From an uncultured Pelagibacteraceae bacterium (GTDB taxonomy: Bacteria > Pseudomonadota > Alphaproteobacteria > Pelagibacterales > Pelagibacteraceae): a stretch of DNA of 64,000 nt. The position numbers and the translations under genes are program-made. Below are positions 31,833 to 44,651 of this stretch, one piece after another. The stretch spans positions 314 through 64,313 of the forward strand of contig CACGXX010000002.1 in assembly GCA_902577125.1 (NCBI GenBank), given 5' to 3'. Below the pieces are notes generated by a model. That model was given only the letters and a program-made list of their open reading frames with translations, searched no databases and was not told the DNA's origin. How positions within the stretch are numbered: the stretch's first letter is position 1; each line of letters starts with the position of its first letter.

Positions 31833-33313
31833 TATTTGCTTGCTACACTGAAGTTATATGTATCTATTAAATCTCTAATTGAAACTTCAATAGTGTTAAT
31901 TAATGGTTCTGGATAAAAACCAAAATATAAAGTTGGTATAGCTAAACAGGTGAGCGTGAACGCCTCTGATTTATTTAAATCAATCATTTTTTTTAACTCA
32001 GAGTTTATTAGTTTTCCAAAAATAACTCTTTTGTACAACCAAAGCATATATGCTGCTCCAATGATAACTCCTAAACTAGCTAATACTGCTACTAAAAAAT
32101 TATCTTTAAAAGCAGCCATTAAAATTAAAAATTCACCAATAAACCCACTTGTTCCTGGTAATCCTAAAGCAGCTAAAGTAAATACCATAAATAAAATAGC
32201 ATATTTGGGTATAATAGTAACAATACCTCCATAGGTTGCGATCAATCTAGAGTGCATTCGATCATAAACAACGCCAACACATAAAAATAAAGCTGCTGAT
32301 ACTAGACCGTGACTGATCATTTGAATTATACTTCCTTCAATACCTTGCTGTTGGATTGTAAATATACCTAAAGTAACAAACCCCATATGGGCCACAGAAG
32401 AATAAGCTATTAATTTTTTCATATCCTCTTGCATTAAAGCTATTAACGACGTGAAAATGATTGCGATAACACTTAATGTATAAATTAAAGGAGTAAAAAC
32501 CTCTGAAGCGGAGGGAAATAATCCCAAAGAAAATCTTATAAATCCATAGCCTGCCATTTTAAGTAAAATAGCAGCTAACAACACCGATCCTGCTGTTGGA
32601 GCTTCAACGTGTGCATCTGGAAGCCATGTATGAACTGGCCACATTGGAGTTTTTACTGCAAATGAACTAAAAAAAGCTAGCCATAACAAATTTTGATATT
32701 TCGTGTCTATACCTAATTCATAAAGTTGAACAACATCTGTGGTGCCTGTGATCCAATAAATTGAAATTATTGCCACTAACATTAGAACTGATCCCAAAAG
32801 AGTAAATAAAAAAAACTTAAAAGCAGAATAAACTCTTCTTGCTCCACCCCAAATTCCAATAATTAAAAACATTGGGATTAATCCAGCCTCGAAAAATAAG
32901 TAAAAAACAACAAGATCTAGAGAACAAAAAACACCTATCATGAAAGTTTCCATAACAAGTATAGCTATTAAAAATTCATTTAATCTTTTCGTGACTGAAT
33001 TATTAACTGAAATTATACATAAAGGTGTAATAAATGTTGTAAGAATTATAAAAAGTATCGATATTCCATCAACTCCTACTTTGTAATTAATTAAACCTTT
33101 AATCCAAATTCTATCTTCAACAAATTGGAAAGCAGAAGTTGTTTGGTCAAATAAAAACCATAAATAAATAGATAAAAAAAAGTTTACTAGAGATGTAAAT
33201 AAGGCAACATATTTTGCAGTAATCTTATTTTCACTTTTACTTTTTGTAAAAAATAAAAAGAGTGCTCCAATGGAAGGTAAAAGTATTAATGAAGAAAGAA
33301 TTGGGAAATTCAT
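31832..33313 (-). CDS. nuoM: NADH-quinone oxidoreductase subunit M
   Basis: WPVHTWLPDAHVEAPTAGS, AYSSVAHMG. Confidence 0.97.
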   Translation of the reverse strand: MNFPILSSLILLPSIGALFLFFTKSKSENKITAKYVALFTSLVNFFLSIYLWFLFDQTTSAFQFVEDRIWIKGLINYKVGVDGISILFIILTTFITPLCIISVNNSVTKRLNEFLIAILVMETFMIGVFCSLDLVVFYLFFEAGLIPMFLIIGIWGGARRVYSAFKFFLFTLLGSVLMLVAIISIYWITGTTDVVQLYELGIDTKYQNLLWLAFFSSFAVKTPMWPVHTWLPDAHVEAPTAGSVLLAAILLKMAGYGFIRFSLGLFPSASEVFTPLIYTLSVIAIIFTSLIALMQEDMKKLIAYSSVAHMGFVTLGIFTIQQQGIEGSIIQMISHGLVSAALFLCVGVVYDRMHSRLIATYGGIVTIIPKYAILFMVFTLAALGLPGTSGFIGEFLILMAAFKDNFLVAVLASLGVIIGAAYMLWLYKRVIFGKLINSELKKMIDLNKSEAFTLTCLAIPTLYFGFYPEPLINTIEVSIRDLIDTYNFSVASK

Positions 33314-35226
33314 TATTTAACAATTAAGAAGGTTAAAAAAGCGGAAAAACCAAGTAACATTATAAATGCATATTGATAAATATAACCACTTTGAAATTTG
33401 TTGGCTTTGATAGAAAATTTTTTAATTATACCAGAAATGCCATCAGGTCCAAAGCCATCAATTACTTTAACGTCAAAAAATTTCCATAAAAATAAACCAA
33501 ATTTTTTTGAAGATTTTACAAATAATGTCTCGTAAATTTCATCAAAATACCATTTGTTTAACAAAAATTTATATAGTGGCTCATTAATACTGACTAGTTG
33601 AGCTGAAAAATTCTTATTTTTTACGAAAAAATAATAAGCAAGTGGTATAGATAAAGTTACTAATGTTGGGGTTAAAACTAAAAACCACAATGGTGGGTGG
33701 TCAGTGCTTAATGGTTCTAAAAAGAAAATCGATTTATTCCAAAAATTATTAATTCCTTCATAACCTATAAATAAATTCTTAAAAATAAATCCAGCAAAAA
33801 TCGCTCCAAGAGATAATATTATCAGAGGTATTAACATAACTAATGGAGACTCATGTGTCTCCTCGATATTGAGTTTCTTATTGTTATATTGCCCATGAAA
33901 AGTTTTAAACATCAGTCTCCACGAATAGATTGATGTTAAAAAAGCCGTAAATATTCCGATACCAGCTGCATAGTAACCTGTTGTAGTGCCACTTAAATAT
34001 GCAAATTCTATAATTGCATCCTTAGAATAAAAACCAGATAGCAAAGGAAATCCTGTTAACGCTAAAGTTCCAATTATCATTAGAGCATAAGTGTATGGCA
34101 ATTTTCTCCATACTCCCCCCATATTATTTATGTTTTGCTCATCTTTAAAAGCATGAATAACTGACCCTGATCCTAGAAATAATAATGCCTTAAAAAATGC
34201 ATGAGTAAATAAATGAAACATTGCAACATTATATGCACCTACACCAGCAGCAAAAAACATATAACCTAATTGACTACAAGTGGAATAAGCTATAATCTTT
34301 TTTATATCTGTTTGAACTAAAGCTACACTCGCTGCAAAAAAAGCTGTACTCATACCTACTACAGTGACAATGTTTAAAGCTAATTCTGAATATTCGTATA
34401 TCGGTGAACATCTTACAACTAAAAAAACTCCAGCAGTAACCATTGTGGCTGCATGGATTAAAGCTGAAACAGGTGTTGGGCCTTCCATTGCGTCTGGCAA
34501 CCAGGTATGTAAAAAAATTTGGGCTGATTTACCCATAGCACCAATGAATAATAAGATACAAATTAAATCTACAGCATTAATCTGAATACCCAAAAAATTA
34601 AGTTTTTCATCTACAACTGTTGGGATTTGATTAAAAACTTCTGTGTAGTTAACTGTTCCAAATAAATAAAAAATTAAAAATATACCAAGAGCAAAACCAA
34701 AATCTCCAACTCTATTCACAACAAACGCTTTAATAGCTGCTGCATTTGCAGTTTCTTTTTTAAACCAAAAACCAATTAAGAAATAAGAACAAAGACCTAC
34801 CCCCTCCCAACCAAAAAATAATTGGATAAAATTATCAGCTGTTACCAACATTAACATAGCAAATGTAAATAACGATAAGTAAGCCATAAACCTTGGTTTA
34901 TGAGGATCATGGGACATGTATCCAATTGAATAGATATGAACCAATGCAGAAACAAAAGTTACGACTATTAACATTATTGATGACAGTGCATCTATTTTCA
35001 TTGACCAGTTTACCTCAAGTGATCCAGAATTAATCCATGTAGCTATTATGATATTTTCCTCGTATTGATTAAAAATTACCTCATAAAATAAAATTGCTGA
35101 AAGAATAGCTGAAATTGATACCAACAAACTTGTAACTATTTCAGAATTTCTGTCGCCTATAAATTTACCAAAAAATCCAGATATAATTGATGCGATTAAT
35201 GGTAATGCTAAAATTGAAATTTCCAT
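33313..35226 (-). CDS. nuoL: NADH-quinone oxidoreductase subunit L
   Basis: GWEGVG, WLPDAMEGPTPVSALIHAATMV, HAFFKALLF. Confidence 0.97.
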   Translation of the reverse strand: MEISILALPLIASIISGFFGKFIGDRNSEIVTSLLVSISAILSAILFYEVIFNQYEENIIIATWINSGSLEVNWSMKIDALSSIMLIVVTFVSALVHIYSIGYMSHDPHKPRFMAYLSLFTFAMLMLVTADNFIQLFFGWEGVGLCSYFLIGFWFKKETANAAAIKAFVVNRVGDFGFALGIFLIFYLFGTVNYTEVFNQIPTVVDEKLNFLGIQINAVDLICILLFIGAMGKSAQIFLHTWLPDAMEGPTPVSALIHAATMVTAGVFLVVRCSPIYEYSELALNIVTVVGMSTAFFAASVALVQTDIKKIIAYSTCSQLGYMFFAAGVGAYNVAMFHLFTHAFFKALLFLGSGSVIHAFKDEQNINNMGGVWRKLPYTYALMIIGTLALTGFPLLSGFYSKDAIIEFAYLSGTTTGYYAAGIGIFTAFLTSIYSWRLMFKTFHGQYNNKKLNIEETHESPLVMLIPLIILSLGAIFAGFIFKNLFIGYEGINNFWNKSIFFLEPLSTDHPPLWFLVLTPTLVTLSIPLAYYFFVKNKNFSAQLVSINEPLYKFLLNKWYFDEIYETLFVKSSKKFGLFLWKFFDVKVIDGFGPDGISGIIKKFSIKANKFQSGYIYQYAFIMLLGFSAFLTFLIVK

Positions 35227-35227
35227 T

Positions 35228-35539
35228 TTATCCTTTTAATTTATCTATTTCTTCAACTCTTATGGTTCCCGCATTTCTGTAATAGACAACTATTATAGCA
35301 AGACCAATAGCTGCCTCAGCAGCTGCTACAGTTAAAATAAATAATGTAAAAACTTGACCAGTTAAATCACCAAGATAAATAGAAAATGATACTAAATTAA
35401 TGTTCACAGCTAATAATATCAGCTCAATACTCATCAAAATCACGATAATATTTTTTCTATTAAGAAAGATACCAATCACACCAATGCTAAAGATAACCGC
35501 TCCTAAAGTAAGATAATGTCCTAAACCTATTTCAGTCAT
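35228..35539 (-). CDS. nuoK: NADH-quinone oxidoreductase subunit K
   Basis: [18 protein letters not shown]. Confidence 0.97.
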   Translation of the reverse strand: MTEIGLGHYLTLGAVIFSIGVIGIFLNRKNIIVILMSIELILLAVNINLVSFSIYLGDLTGQVFTLFILTVAAAEAAIGLAIIVVYYRNAGTIRVEEIDKLKG

Positions 35540-36167
35540 CTATCTTTACTCCTTTATTTGATTGAACTTCTAAAACTTCTATACCTTCAGATCTTTCTCT
35601 AGAAATTTGTTTCAAATAACTTTGGGTTTTTAATCCTTCTCTTCGTCTAAAGGTAAGAACGATCGCACCAATCATTGCAATTAATAATATCATTCCACTA
35701 ATTTGAAAAATATGAATGTAATCAGTATACAAAACCTGGCCTAATGAATGTGTATTGCTTATTTCATTAGAACTTTGAGTAGTATTTGGATTAGACAATT
35801 CAGGTTTATATTTCCAACCACCTACAACAATAATTAATTCAAAAAAAATAATTGTGCTTATAATTAAACCGACTGGGATGTGGCTAGAAGTAGTTGACTC
35901 AGAATTAAACCATTGATTTTTTTGTTGAGCGACATTTAACATCATCACAACGAATAAGAACAAAACGGCTACTGCACCAACATATACTATGAGCATTATC
36001 ATTCCTAAAAACTCCGCGCCAATCATTATAAAGAGACATGAAATACTAATAAAATCTAATATTAAAAAAAAAACTGAGTGTACGGTATTTTTCGAAACTG
36101 TAACCATGATGGCTGAAATAACTGCAATAATCGAAAAGACGTAAAAAAATATTGCATGAGCTACCAT
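35532..36167 (-). CDS. nuoJ: NADH-quinone oxidoreductase subunit J
   Basis: [17 protein letters not shown]. Confidence 0.96.
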   Translation of the reverse strand: MVAHAIFFYVFSIIAVISAIMVTVSKNTVHSVFFLILDFISISCLFIMIGAEFLGMIMLIVYVGAVAVLFLFVVMMLNVAQQKNQWFNSESTTSSHIPVGLIISTIIFFELIIVVGGWKYKPELSNPNTTQSSNEISNTHSLGQVLYTDYIHIFQISGMILLIAMIGAIVLTFRRREGLKTQSYLKQISRERSEGIEVLEVQSNKGVKIDD

Positions 36168-36171
36168 AAAT

Positions 36172-36657
36172 TTACCTATAAGGATTGTCTGATTTTATAT
36201 TTGCCGCTAAAATATTTTCCCATCTATCACCATTATCTAGTAGTTTTTCTTTAGTATAATAAAGCTCTTCTCTTGTCTCTGTTGAAAATTCAAAATTTGG
36301 ACCTTGAACTATTGCATCTACAGGGCATGACTCTTCACATAAACCACAATAAATACATTTCATCATATCAATATCGTAACGCGTAGTTTTTCTACTTCCA
36401 TCAGATCTTTCAGCTGACTCGATTGTAATTGCTTGCGCTGGACAGACTGCTTCACACAACTTACATGCTATACATCTCTCTTCACCATTTGGATATCTTC
36501 TAAGTGCATGCTCTCCTCTGAATCTTGGACTAATTTTTCCCTTTTCAAAAGGATAATTTATTGTTTTTTTTGTTTTAAACATTTCTCTTAAAGCGATTAG
36601 TAAGCCAGTTGCAAAATCAACCATGAATATTGTTTTTAAAAATCTTGTAATTTTCAT
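36172..36657 (-). CDS. nuoI: NADH-quinone oxidoreductase subunit I
   Basis: Two CxxCxxCxxxCP 4Fe-4S motifs, RFRGEH. Confidence 0.97.
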   Translation of the reverse strand: MKITRFLKTIFMVDFATGLLIALREMFKTKKTINYPFEKGKISPRFRGEHALRRYPNGEERCIACKLCEAVCPAQAITIESAERSDGSRKTTRYDIDMMKCIYCGLCEESCPVDAIVQGPNFEFSTETREELYYTKEKLLDNGDRWENILAANIKSDNPYR

Positions 36658-37656
36658 TTATAGTGTGGGTAAAAGGTTAAAATAAAATAAATAACTAGCT
36701 GTCAAAACAACATAGGTAAGAGAAAATGGAAGGAATATTTTCCAACCTAATCTCATTAATTGATCATATCTATATCTTGGTACAACTGCTTTAACTAATG
36801 CAAATAAAATAAATAAAAGTAATATTTTTAAAATTAACCAAATAGCTCCTGGAATCAAATTAAATGGATATAAATCAATAGGTGATAGCCAGCCTCCCAA
36901 AAATAAAATCGATCCTAAAGCACACATTAATAAAATGTTTGCATACTCCCCTAACCAGAACATTGCATACATCATACCAGAATATTCAGTTTGATATCCA
37001 GCAACTAATTCTGCTTCAGCTTCTGGTAAATCAAAAGGTGGTCGATTTGTTTCTGCTAAAGCAGAAATAAAAAATATTACAAACATTGGAAACAGAGGAA
37101 TTATGAACCAGATATTTTGTTGAGCTAAAACTATATCACTTAAATTTAATGATCCTACACACAAAAGAACATTAATGATAATAATACCAATTGAAACTTC
37201 ATAAGAAACCATTTGCGCTGCAGATCTGATTGACCCTAAAAAAGGATATTTGGAATTGGACGCCCAACCCCCCATGATAATTCCATAAACTCCAAGAGAT
37301 GAGACAGCAAAAATATATAGAATTCCAACATTTATATTAGCTAAAACCTGATCTTCTCCAAAAGGTATAACTGCCCAAGCTATTAAAGCTAAAGTCATAG
37401 TAATAATTGGAGCTAAAATAAAAATAATCTTATTAGAGCTAGCTGGTATTATGATTTCTTTAAAAATATATTTTAGTGCATCAGCTAGTGACTGTAATAA
37501 ACCAAAAGGACCAACAACATTAGGACCTTGTCTTTTTTGAACGAAAGCCCAAACTCTTCTATCTAACCAAACAATCATGGCAACAGAAACTAAAACTGGG
37601 ACAAGAAGAAAGAGGATTTTGTAAACCTCTTCAATAACTAAATTTATATATTCCAT
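36658..37656 (-). CDS. nuoH: NADH-quinone oxidoreductase subunit H
   Basis: [34 protein letters not shown]. Confidence 0.97.
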   Translation of the reverse strand: MEYINLVIEEVYKILFLLVPVLVSVAMIVWLDRRVWAFVQKRQGPNVVGPFGLLQSLADALKYIFKEIIIPASSNKIIFILAPIITMTLALIAWAVIPFGEDQVLANINVGILYIFAVSSLGVYGIIMGGWASNSKYPFLGSIRSAAQMVSYEVSIGIIIINVLLCVGSLNLSDIVLAQQNIWFIIPLFPMFVIFFISALAETNRPPFDLPEAEAELVAGYQTEYSGMMYAMFWLGEYANILLMCALGSILFLGGWLSPIDLYPFNLIPGAIWLILKILLLFILFALVKAVVPRYRYDQLMRLGWKIFLPFSLTYVVLTASYLFYFNLLPTL

Positions 37657-37659
37657 TAT

Positions 37660-39693
37660 TTAACCTTCGGTGCCAGTTCGTTTAACCTCTAATTTAGAAT
37701 TATTACAATTCAACATTGTTTTTGATGATCGTGCAATTACATTTGAAAAATAGTAATCCTTATATGTTATTTTAAGGATTTCATCCTCAAAATTTATTAA
37801 ATCTACTTTAGTGTTAGAGAGATTTTCTTGTTTTTCTTTTTTCAAATTGAGATAATTAAACATACTGCTCTCTAATTCATCTTTATCATTAAAAAGTTTT
37901 CTATTATTTATAAATTCAGCAAGATCATTTATAATTTCCCAATCTTCTTTAGCATCTCCTGGTGGATATGAAGCTTTATAAGCTTTTTGGACTCTACCTT
38001 CTAAATTAGTATAATGACCTGATTGTTCTGTATAAGCTGCTCCTGGTAAAATAATATCTGCTAGTTCTGCACCATTATCTCCGTGGCTTCCTATATATAT
38101 TACAAATTCATTTTTTTTATTAAATTTAAGATTATCTTGTCCTATTAAAAAAACTAAATCAAATTTATTTTCATTCAAATTCTTTATTAGCTCATTTGAT
38201 GGATCAATTATATCAAGATCTAAACTCCCAACTGTAGCTGCATCAGAAGGTAAAAAATTAAAAGGGCTCCAATCATCAGTAAATTTATTATTATTCAATA
38301 AAAAGTTTTTAAATGAACTAAACAAAAATTCTGCTGACTTAGATCTTAAAAACGACTCTCCAAATATTATTAATGGTTTTTGAGCATCAATAATATCTTT
38401 TGCAAGTGCATTTTTATTCTCAAAAATATCTTTGATTGTTTGAGTTTTTCCATCAAGGCTTTGATAAGGATAAGTTAGATCACCTACATCATTTAAAGAA
38501 ACAATTTTGACTTTATTTTTTAGATAAGCTTTTCGAATTCTTGCATTTAGCATTGTAGCTTCAAATCTTGGATTAGTACCAATTAACAGAATAAAATCTG
38601 ACTCCTCAATACCATTAATCGTTGAATTGAATAAATAGTTTTCTCTTTTAGAGCTATCAATAAACATATCAAATGATCTAGACTCATAATTTTTTGTGTC
38701 TATAGTTCTCTCTAAAAATTCCTTAAATATGTAGCTGGCCTCCATATTTGTAAGATCACCCACAAATCCAGCTATTTTATCTTTGTTGGTATTTTGTATT
38801 TTTGATTTTATAATTTTAAAAACTTCATCCCATGAAGCTTTTTCAAACTTATTATTATATTTGATATATGGAGTATCTAGTCTTTGATTTAAAAGACCGT
38901 CACAAGCATATCTTGTTTTGTCTGATATCCATTCCTCATTTATATCCTCATTGATTACTGGTAGTACTCTTTTTACCTCCCAGTCATATGTGTCTACTCT
39001 TATATTTGATCCAACAGCATCCATTACATCAATAGTCTCAGTTTTTTTTAACTCCCAGGGTCTTGCTTCAAACACATAAGGTTTAGACGTAAGGGCTCCT
39101 ACAGGGCAAAGATCTATTACATTACCTGATAATTCTGATTGTATTGATTTTTCTAAGTATGTTGTGATTTGCATATCTTCACCTCTACCTATTGCACCTA
39201 ATTCAGGCACACCAGCAATTTCTGTTGCAAATCTAATGCATCTAGTACAATGAATGCATCTGGTCATTTGGGTCTTAATAAGCGGACCCATGTTTTTATC
39301 AGGAACTGCTCTTTTATTCTCTTTAAATCTAGATTTATCAATTCCATAAAACATTGACTGATCTTGAAGATCACATTCACCACCCTGGTCACAAACAGGA
39401 CAGTCCAAAGGATGATTTGCCAATAAAAATTCCATTACACCCTTTCTAGATTTTTCTATTTTGGGAGTATTAGTTTTTATAACCATACCCTCAGCAGCAG
39501 GCATTGCACAAGAAGCTATAGGTTTTGGAGATTTTTCCATCTCAACAAGACACATTCTGCAATTTCCAGCAATTGATAATTTTTCATGATAGCAAAATCT
39601 TGGAATTTCGACTCCAGCTTTTTCACAAGCTTGTAGAACAGTCAAACCTTCTTCGACTTCAACTTCTATATCGTTTACTTTTAATTTAAGCAT
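37660..39693 (-). CDS. nuoG: NADH-quinone oxidoreductase subunit G
   Basis: [35 protein letters not shown]. Confidence 0.97.
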   Translation of the reverse strand: MLKLKVNDIEVEVEEGLTVLQACEKAGVEIPRFCYHEKLSIAGNCRMCLVEMEKSPKPIASCAMPAAEGMVIKTNTPKIEKSRKGVMEFLLANHPLDCPVCDQGGECDLQDQSMFYGIDKSRFKENKRAVPDKNMGPLIKTQMTRCIHCTRCIRFATEIAGVPELGAIGRGEDMQITTYLEKSIQSELSGNVIDLCPVGALTSKPYVFEARPWELKKTETIDVMDAVGSNIRVDTYDWEVKRVLPVINEDINEEWISDKTRYACDGLLNQRLDTPYIKYNNKFEKASWDEVFKIIKSKIQNTNKDKIAGFVGDLTNMEASYIFKEFLERTIDTKNYESRSFDMFIDSSKRENYLFNSTINGIEESDFILLIGTNPRFEATMLNARIRKAYLKNKVKIVSLNDVGDLTYPYQSLDGKTQTIKDIFENKNALAKDIIDAQKPLIIFGESFLRSKSAEFLFSSFKNFLLNNNKFTDDWSPFNFLPSDAATVGSLDLDIIDPSNELIKNLNENKFDLVFLIGQDNLKFNKKNEFVIYIGSHGDNGAELADIILPGAAYTEQSGHYTNLEGRVQKAYKASYPPGDAKEDWEIINDLAEFINNRKLFNDKDELESSMFNYLNLKKEKQENLSNTKVDLINFEDEILKITYKDYYFSNVIARSSKTMLNCNNSKLEVKRTGTEG

Positions 39694-41014
39694 TCTTATC
39701 TAACAAGTGTTGATCCACCAAATAAGGAATATTCTGAGTTTCTTTTACAATTGGATCAAAATTATTTCTTTTTTTAATTTCATCTTTAAAATGTCTTAAC
39801 AAACCTTGAACAGGCCAAGATGATCCCTCACCAAATGCACATATTGTATGACCTTCAATTTGTTTAGTTACATCACCTAGCATTTCAATTTCATCTTTTG
39901 AAGCCTCTCCTTTAGCCATTCTCTCAAGCATTCTCCACATCCACCCTGAACCCTCTCTACAAGGTGTGCATTGACCACAGCTTTCATGCTTATAGAATCT
40001 AGCTATTCTTGCCATACATTTAATTATGTCTTGATCTTTATTTATTACGACTACTCCTGCTGTACCTAGCCCACTTTTTTCGGCAACTAAAGAGTCAAAA
40101 TCCATTGTTAGTGTTTCACACTTTTCTTTGGGAATAAGTGGCATTGAAGATCCTCCAGGTATTACAGCTTGTAGATTGTCCCAACCACCTATTACACCTC
40201 CTGCATGAACTTCTATTAACTCTTTCAAAGGTATGTTCATTTCCTCCTCAACATTACATGGATTATTTACATTTCCAGAAATACAAAATATTTTAGTACC
40301 AGTATTTTTTTCTCTACCCAAGGAAGCAAACCATTTACCACCTCTTCTTAGAATTGTTGGAACTACAGCTATGGTCTCAACATTGTTAATTATTGTTGGA
40401 CATCCATATAAACCAATTAATGCTGGGAAAGGTGGTTTTAATCTTGGCTGACCTTTGTTACCTTCAATGCTCTCGAGTAATGCTGTCTCTTCTCCACAGA
40501 TATAAGCTCCTGCACCGTAATGAATATAAATGTCTAAATCCCATCCAGTTCCAGCCGCATTTTTTCCAATTAATTTTTTTTCATAAGCTTCATCAATTGC
40601 AGCTTGAAGCTTTTGTCCATCAACAAAATACTCGCCTCTTATATAAATATAACAAACATGTGCTTGAATTGCATAAGAAGCAATCAAACAACCCTCAATG
40701 AGTTTATGTGGTTCAAACCTTAAGATATCTCTATCTTTACATGTACCTGGCTCTGACTCATCACCATTAATAACAAGGTAGTGAGGTCTAGATCCAACTT
40801 CTTTTGGTGCAAATGACCACTTAAGACCTGTAGGAAAACCTGCTCCTCCTCTTCCTCTTAATTGAGAATCTTTGATTTCATTTATGATCCAGTCTCTACC
40901 TCTTTCAGTAATTTCTTTTGTATTTACCCAATCACCTCTTTTTTGAGCTGAAGTTAAATCTGAACCCAAATCGTTATATAAATTTTGAAAAATTCTATCT
41001 TGATCCTTAAGCAT
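39686..41014 (-). CDS. nuoF: NADH-quinone oxidoreductase subunit F
   Basis: [30 protein letters not shown]. Confidence 0.97.
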   Translation of the reverse strand: MLKDQDRIFQNLYNDLGSDLTSAQKRGDWVNTKEITERGRDWIINEIKDSQLRGRGGAGFPTGLKWSFAPKEVGSRPHYLVINGDESEPGTCKDRDILRFEPHKLIEGCLIASYAIQAHVCYIYIRGEYFVDGQKLQAAIDEAYEKKLIGKNAAGTGWDLDIYIHYGAGAYICGEETALLESIEGNKGQPRLKPPFPALIGLYGCPTIINNVETIAVVPTILRRGGKWFASLGREKNTGTKIFCISGNVNNPCNVEEEMNIPLKELIEVHAGGVIGGWDNLQAVIPGGSSMPLIPKEKCETLTMDFDSLVAEKSGLGTAGVVVINKDQDIIKCMARIARFYKHESCGQCTPCREGSGWMWRMLERMAKGEASKDEIEMLGDVTKQIEGHTICAFGEGSSWPVQGLLRHFKDEIKKRNNFDPIVKETQNIPYLVDQHLLDKNA

Positions 41015-41615
41015 TTTTTAATTCCATTAATGTTTTTCTTCCATTTTCTGGTTCATTATTTATGCGTCCTCTGTATGAACCTGGTTTAGGTTTTTCATCT
41101 TTTAAAATTTTATCTAAAATTTCTAAAGTTTTTTCTTTGTCTAAATCTTCATAATAATCATCATTAATTTGCATCATTGGAGCAGTGACACATGCACCTA
41201 AACACTCTACTTCCATCCATGAACAATTTTTATCTGGTAATAATTCAGACTCATTTTTAGATATTTTTTCTTTGCAGGCCTCAACCAATTTACCAGCTCC
41301 CCTTATCATACAAGGTGTTGTAGTACAAACTTGAATAAAATATTTTCCAACTGGTGATAAATTAAACATACTATAAAAAGTCGCTACTTCATAAACTTTT
41401 ATGTAAGGCATATCTAAAAGTTTGGCTATATATTTCATTGCAACTAAAGGTATCCAATTATTATTTTGCTTCTGAGCTATATATAATAATGCCATGACTG
41501 CACTTTGTTTTTTTCCTTCAGGGTATTTTGAAATAATCTTATTTGCTGCCTCTAAAGAAGATGAATTAAATTCAAAGTTCTCTGGTTGATCTTTGGCTGG
41601 TCTCTTTAAACTCAT
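41007..41615 (-). CDS. nuoE: NADH-quinone oxidoreductase subunit E
   Basis: EVATFY, CTTTPC, ECLGAC. Confidence 0.97.
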   Translation of the reverse strand: MSLKRPAKDQPENFEFNSSSLEAANKIISKYPEGKKQSAVMALLYIAQKQNNNWIPLVAMKYIAKLLDMPYIKVYEVATFYSMFNLSPVGKYFIQVCTTTPCMIRGAGKLVEACKEKISKNESELLPDKNCSWMEVECLGACVTAPMMQINDDYYEDLDKEKTLEILDKILKDEKPKPGSYRGRINNEPENGRKTLMELKNA

Positions 41616-42787
41616 CTATCGACCTCACCAAAAACTATATCTAAAGAACCAAGTACTGCAGGAACATCAGCCAACATATGTCCTTTAATTAAATAATCCA
41701 TTGATTGTAAATGTGAAAATCCAGGTGCTCGAATTTTACACTTATAAGGTTTGCTTGATCCATCTGAAATTAAATAAACTCCAAATTCTCCTTTAGGTGC
41801 TTCAACCGCTGTATAAATTTCATCTTCAGGTACACGATATCCTTCGGTAAATAATTTAAAGTGATGTATTAAAGCTTCCATCGATTGTTTGATATCTTTT
41901 TTTGATGGTGGTGTTATTTTTCCGTCAAAAGTTTTGATTGGCCCTTTTTCCATTTTTGATAAACACTGTTTAATTATTTTGACACTTTCTTTCATTTCTT
42001 CAATCCTGCATAAATATCTATCGTAACAATCTCCGTTTTTTCCTACAGGAATTTTAAATTCTAGTTGGTTATAACAATCATATGGTTGTGATTTCCTTAA
42101 ATCCCATGGAACACCAGAACCTCTGATCATAACACCACTAAAAGAATAATCGAGGGCGTCTTCTTTTGTAACAACACCAATATCAACATTTCTTTGCTTG
42201 AATATTCTATTGTCGGTCAATAAGTTTTCTAAATCATTAATTATTTTTGGAAAAGTTTCGCAGAATTTTGCAATATCTGTCTCTAAACCTGCTGGTAAAT
42301 CTTGATGCACACCACCTGCTCTAAAATAATTTGCATGTAATCTTGATCCAGATGCTCTTTCATAAAAAGTCATTAAAGTCTCTCTTTCCTCAAAACCCCA
42401 TAAAGATGGTGTTAAAGCTCCAACATCTAATGCTTGTGTCGTAACATTTAAAATATGACTTAAAATTCTTCCAATTTCACAAAACATCACTCTTATAAAT
42501 TGGGCTCTAATTGGAACATCAATATCTAAAATTTTTTCAATAGCTAAAGCAAAAGCATGTTCCTGGTTCATGGGAGCTACATAATCTAATCGATCAAAAT
42601 ATGGAACTGCTTGCATATAAGTTTTATTTTCTATTAATTTTTCAGTGCCACGATGTAGTAAGCCAATATGTGGATCTGCTTTTTCAACAACTTCACCATC
42701 TAATTCTAATATAAGTCTAAGAACTCCATGAGCTGCTGGATGTTGAGGTCCAAAATTTAAGTTTAGATTTTTAATTTTTTTTGTCAT
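41612..42787 (-). CDS. nuoD: NADH-quinone oxidoreductase subunit D
   Basis: [29 protein letters not shown]. Confidence 0.98.
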   Translation of the reverse strand: MTKKIKNLNLNFGPQHPAAHGVLRLILELDGEVVEKADPHIGLLHRGTEKLIENKTYMQAVPYFDRLDYVAPMNQEHAFALAIEKILDIDVPIRAQFIRVMFCEIGRILSHILNVTTQALDVGALTPSLWGFEERETLMTFYERASGSRLHANYFRAGGVHQDLPAGLETDIAKFCETFPKIINDLENLLTDNRIFKQRNVDIGVVTKEDALDYSFSGVMIRGSGVPWDLRKSQPYDCYNQLEFKIPVGKNGDCYDRYLCRIEEMKESVKIIKQCLSKMEKGPIKTFDGKITPPSKKDIKQSMEALIHHFKLFTEGYRVPEDEIYTAVEAPKGEFGVYLISDGSSKPYKCKIRAPGFSHLQSMDYLIKGHMLADVPAVLGSLDIVFGEVDR

Positions 42788-43376
42788 TACTATCAGTTAA
42801 TTCTTTAATATATTTTGTGCCTTCCCACGGACTTTCATAATCAAAGTTTCTATAATTTTGTTCCAGTTTTACAGGTTCATTAACTACTTTTTTTTGATCC
42901 TCGCTGTATCTAACTTCGGTATGACCAGTTAAAGGAAAATCTTTTCTTAATGGATGACCCTCAAAACCATAATCTGTTAAAATTCTCCTTAAGTCAGGAT
43001 GATCTTTGAAACTCACTCCATACATGTCAAAAACTTCTCTTTCCATCCAGTTAGCAGATGGAAAAATTGGTGTTAATGATGCAATAACTTCATTTTCACT
43101 TATATCGTAACTTAAGATCATTCTCTGATTAAACTCATGACTTAAAAATAAATATACAATTTTAAATCTTTTGGACCTTTCAGGATAATCAACAACTGTA
43201 ATGTCTATAAGTTGTCTAAATTTTGTATCTTTATTAGTTTTAACAAATAAAACCACATCAATTAAATCTTCACTATCTATCTCAAGATAAATTTGATTAT
43301 GTTTAATTTCAGAAGTATTTATTTTGGTGCCGAGCTCTGAATTAATCTTTTTTTCTAAATCAATTAAGTTATTCAT
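42771..43376 (-). CDS. nuoC: NADH-quinone oxidoreductase subunit C
   Basis: [34 protein letters not shown]. Confidence 0.97.
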   Translation of the reverse strand: MNNLIDLEKKINSELGTKINTSEIKHNQIYLEIDSEDLIDVVLFVKTNKDTKFRQLIDITVVDYPERSKRFKIVYLFLSHEFNQRMILSYDISENEVIASLTPIFPSANWMEREVFDMYGVSFKDHPDLRRILTDYGFEGHPLRKDFPLTGHTEVRYSEDQKKVVNEPVKLEQNYRNFDYESPWEGTKYIKELTDSNDKKN

Positions 43377-43377
43377 A

Positions 43378-43893
43378 TTATCTACTAATGGATCCTTTAT
43401 TTCTTATTTTTTTTTGTAATTGCATAATTCCATATAATAAAGCCTCTGCAGAAGGAGGACATCCAGGAACATAAATATCAACTGGAACAATACGATCACA
43501 ACCTCTCACAACTGAATAAGAATAGTGATAATATCCACCACCATTAGCACAACTTCCCATTGATATAACATATCTTGGCTCAGGCATTTGATCGTAGACT
43601 TTTCTTAGAGCTGGTGCCATTTTGTTAGTTAAAGTGCCAGCAACAATCATTACATCAGATTGTCTTGGTGACCCACGAGGTGCAGCGCCAAATCTTTCTA
43701 AATCATATCTGGGCATTGCAGTTTGCATCATTTCAACTGCACAACAAGCAAGGCCAAAAGTCATCCAGTGTAATGATCCCGACCTCGACCAGTTTATTAA
43801 ATTGTCTAATGATGTAGTAATAAAACCATTCTTACTAAAATCTTTAGCAAGTTGTTTAAACTCTTCCGGAACTTGATCTATCTTATTATTCAT
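43378..43893 (-). CDS. nuoB: NADH-quinone oxidoreductase subunit B
   Basis: [20 protein letters not shown]. Confidence 0.97.
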   Translation of the reverse strand: MNNKIDQVPEEFKQLAKDFSKNGFITTSLDNLINWSRSGSLHWMTFGLACCAVEMMQTAMPRYDLERFGAAPRGSPRQSDVMIVAGTLTNKMAPALRKVYDQMPEPRYVISMGSCANGGGYYHYSYSVVRGCDRIVPVDIYVPGCPPSAEALLYGIMQLQKKIRNKGSISR

Positions 43894-43905
43894 TTAAAAA
43901 AAATT

Positions 43906-44274
43906 TTATTCCCAGTCTAAAGCGCCTTTTTTCCATTCATAAATAAATCCGATAGTAAGTATGAATAAAAAAATCATCATTGAGGTAAAACCTAAAATTC
44001 CAATATTTCCTAAAGAAATTGCCCACGGAAATAAAAATGCTATTTCAAGGTCAAAAATTATAAAAAGTATAGCAACCAAATAAAAACGAACATCAAATTC
44101 CATTCTAGAGTCCTGAAATGGTTCAAATCCACATTCATAAGCTGATAACTTTTCTGGATCTGGATTTTTTGGAGATAGAATAAAATTAATTACTATAAAT
44201 GCACAGCTCAATCCTAATGCAATAATTAGGAACAATATTATAGGTAAATAATCCTTTAAAAATTCCGCAGTCAT
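43906..44274 (-). CDS. nuoA: NADH-quinone oxidoreductase subunit A
   Basis: [22 protein letters not shown]. Confidence 0.97.
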   Translation of the reverse strand: MTAEFLKDYLPIILFLIIALGLSCAFIVINFILSPKNPDPEKLSAYECGFEPFQDSRMEFDVRFYLVAILFIIFDLEIAFLFPWAISLGNIGILGFTSMMIFLFILTIGFIYEWKKGALDWE

Positions 44275-44379
44275 GTGGAATATATATCATTTTTTATAGC
44301 TAGATGAAGTGGTGTTAGGTCACATTATTCAAAATATACAGCGTATTTAATAGTGATTATCAATAGTAAACTTGCAAAG

Positions 44380-44456
44380 TGGCGGGAGTGAAGGGACTCG
44401 AACCCTCGACCTATCGCGTGACAGGCGATCGCTCTAACCAACTGAGCTACACCCCC
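44380..44456 (-). tRNA. tRNA-Asp(GTC)
   Basis: GGGGGTG/CACTCCC acceptor stem, anticodon arm ATCGC-CT-GTC-AC-GCGAT, TTCGA T-loop, encoded CCA; 77 nt. Confidence 0.97.
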
Positions 44457-44470
44457 ACTTTTGATTCTTT

Positions 44471-44546
44471 TGGTGGGCAGTAAAGGACTCGAACCTTTGA
44501 CCCCCTCGGTGTAAACGAGATGCTCTACCAACTGAGCTAACCGCCC
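44471..44546 (-). tRNA. tRNA-Val(TAC)
   Basis: GGGCGGT/ACTGCCC acceptor stem, anticodon loop TT-TAC-AC, TTCGA T-loop, encoded CCA; 76 nt. Confidence 0.97.
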
Positions 44547-44564
44547 TAAACCAAAATAGAGTGA

Positions 44565-44592
44565 TTTATATCTTTTGGGAAAATAACGTCAA
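44565..44592 (-). promoter_or_regulatory. Sigma70-type promoter for the tRNA-Val/tRNA-Asp transcript
   Basis: TTGACG-N16-TATAAA on the minus strand, 18 nt upstream of tRNA-Val. Confidence 0.6.
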
Positions 44593-44651
44593 GTTCTATT
44601 ACTATTGAAAAATTGGCTTAAAAATTATTTTATTAATAAATCTTTTGAAAG

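Noticed and set aside
44325-44531. 68-aa ORF on the minus strand
   Set aside because: It is a read-through of the tRNA-Val and tRNA-Asp genes
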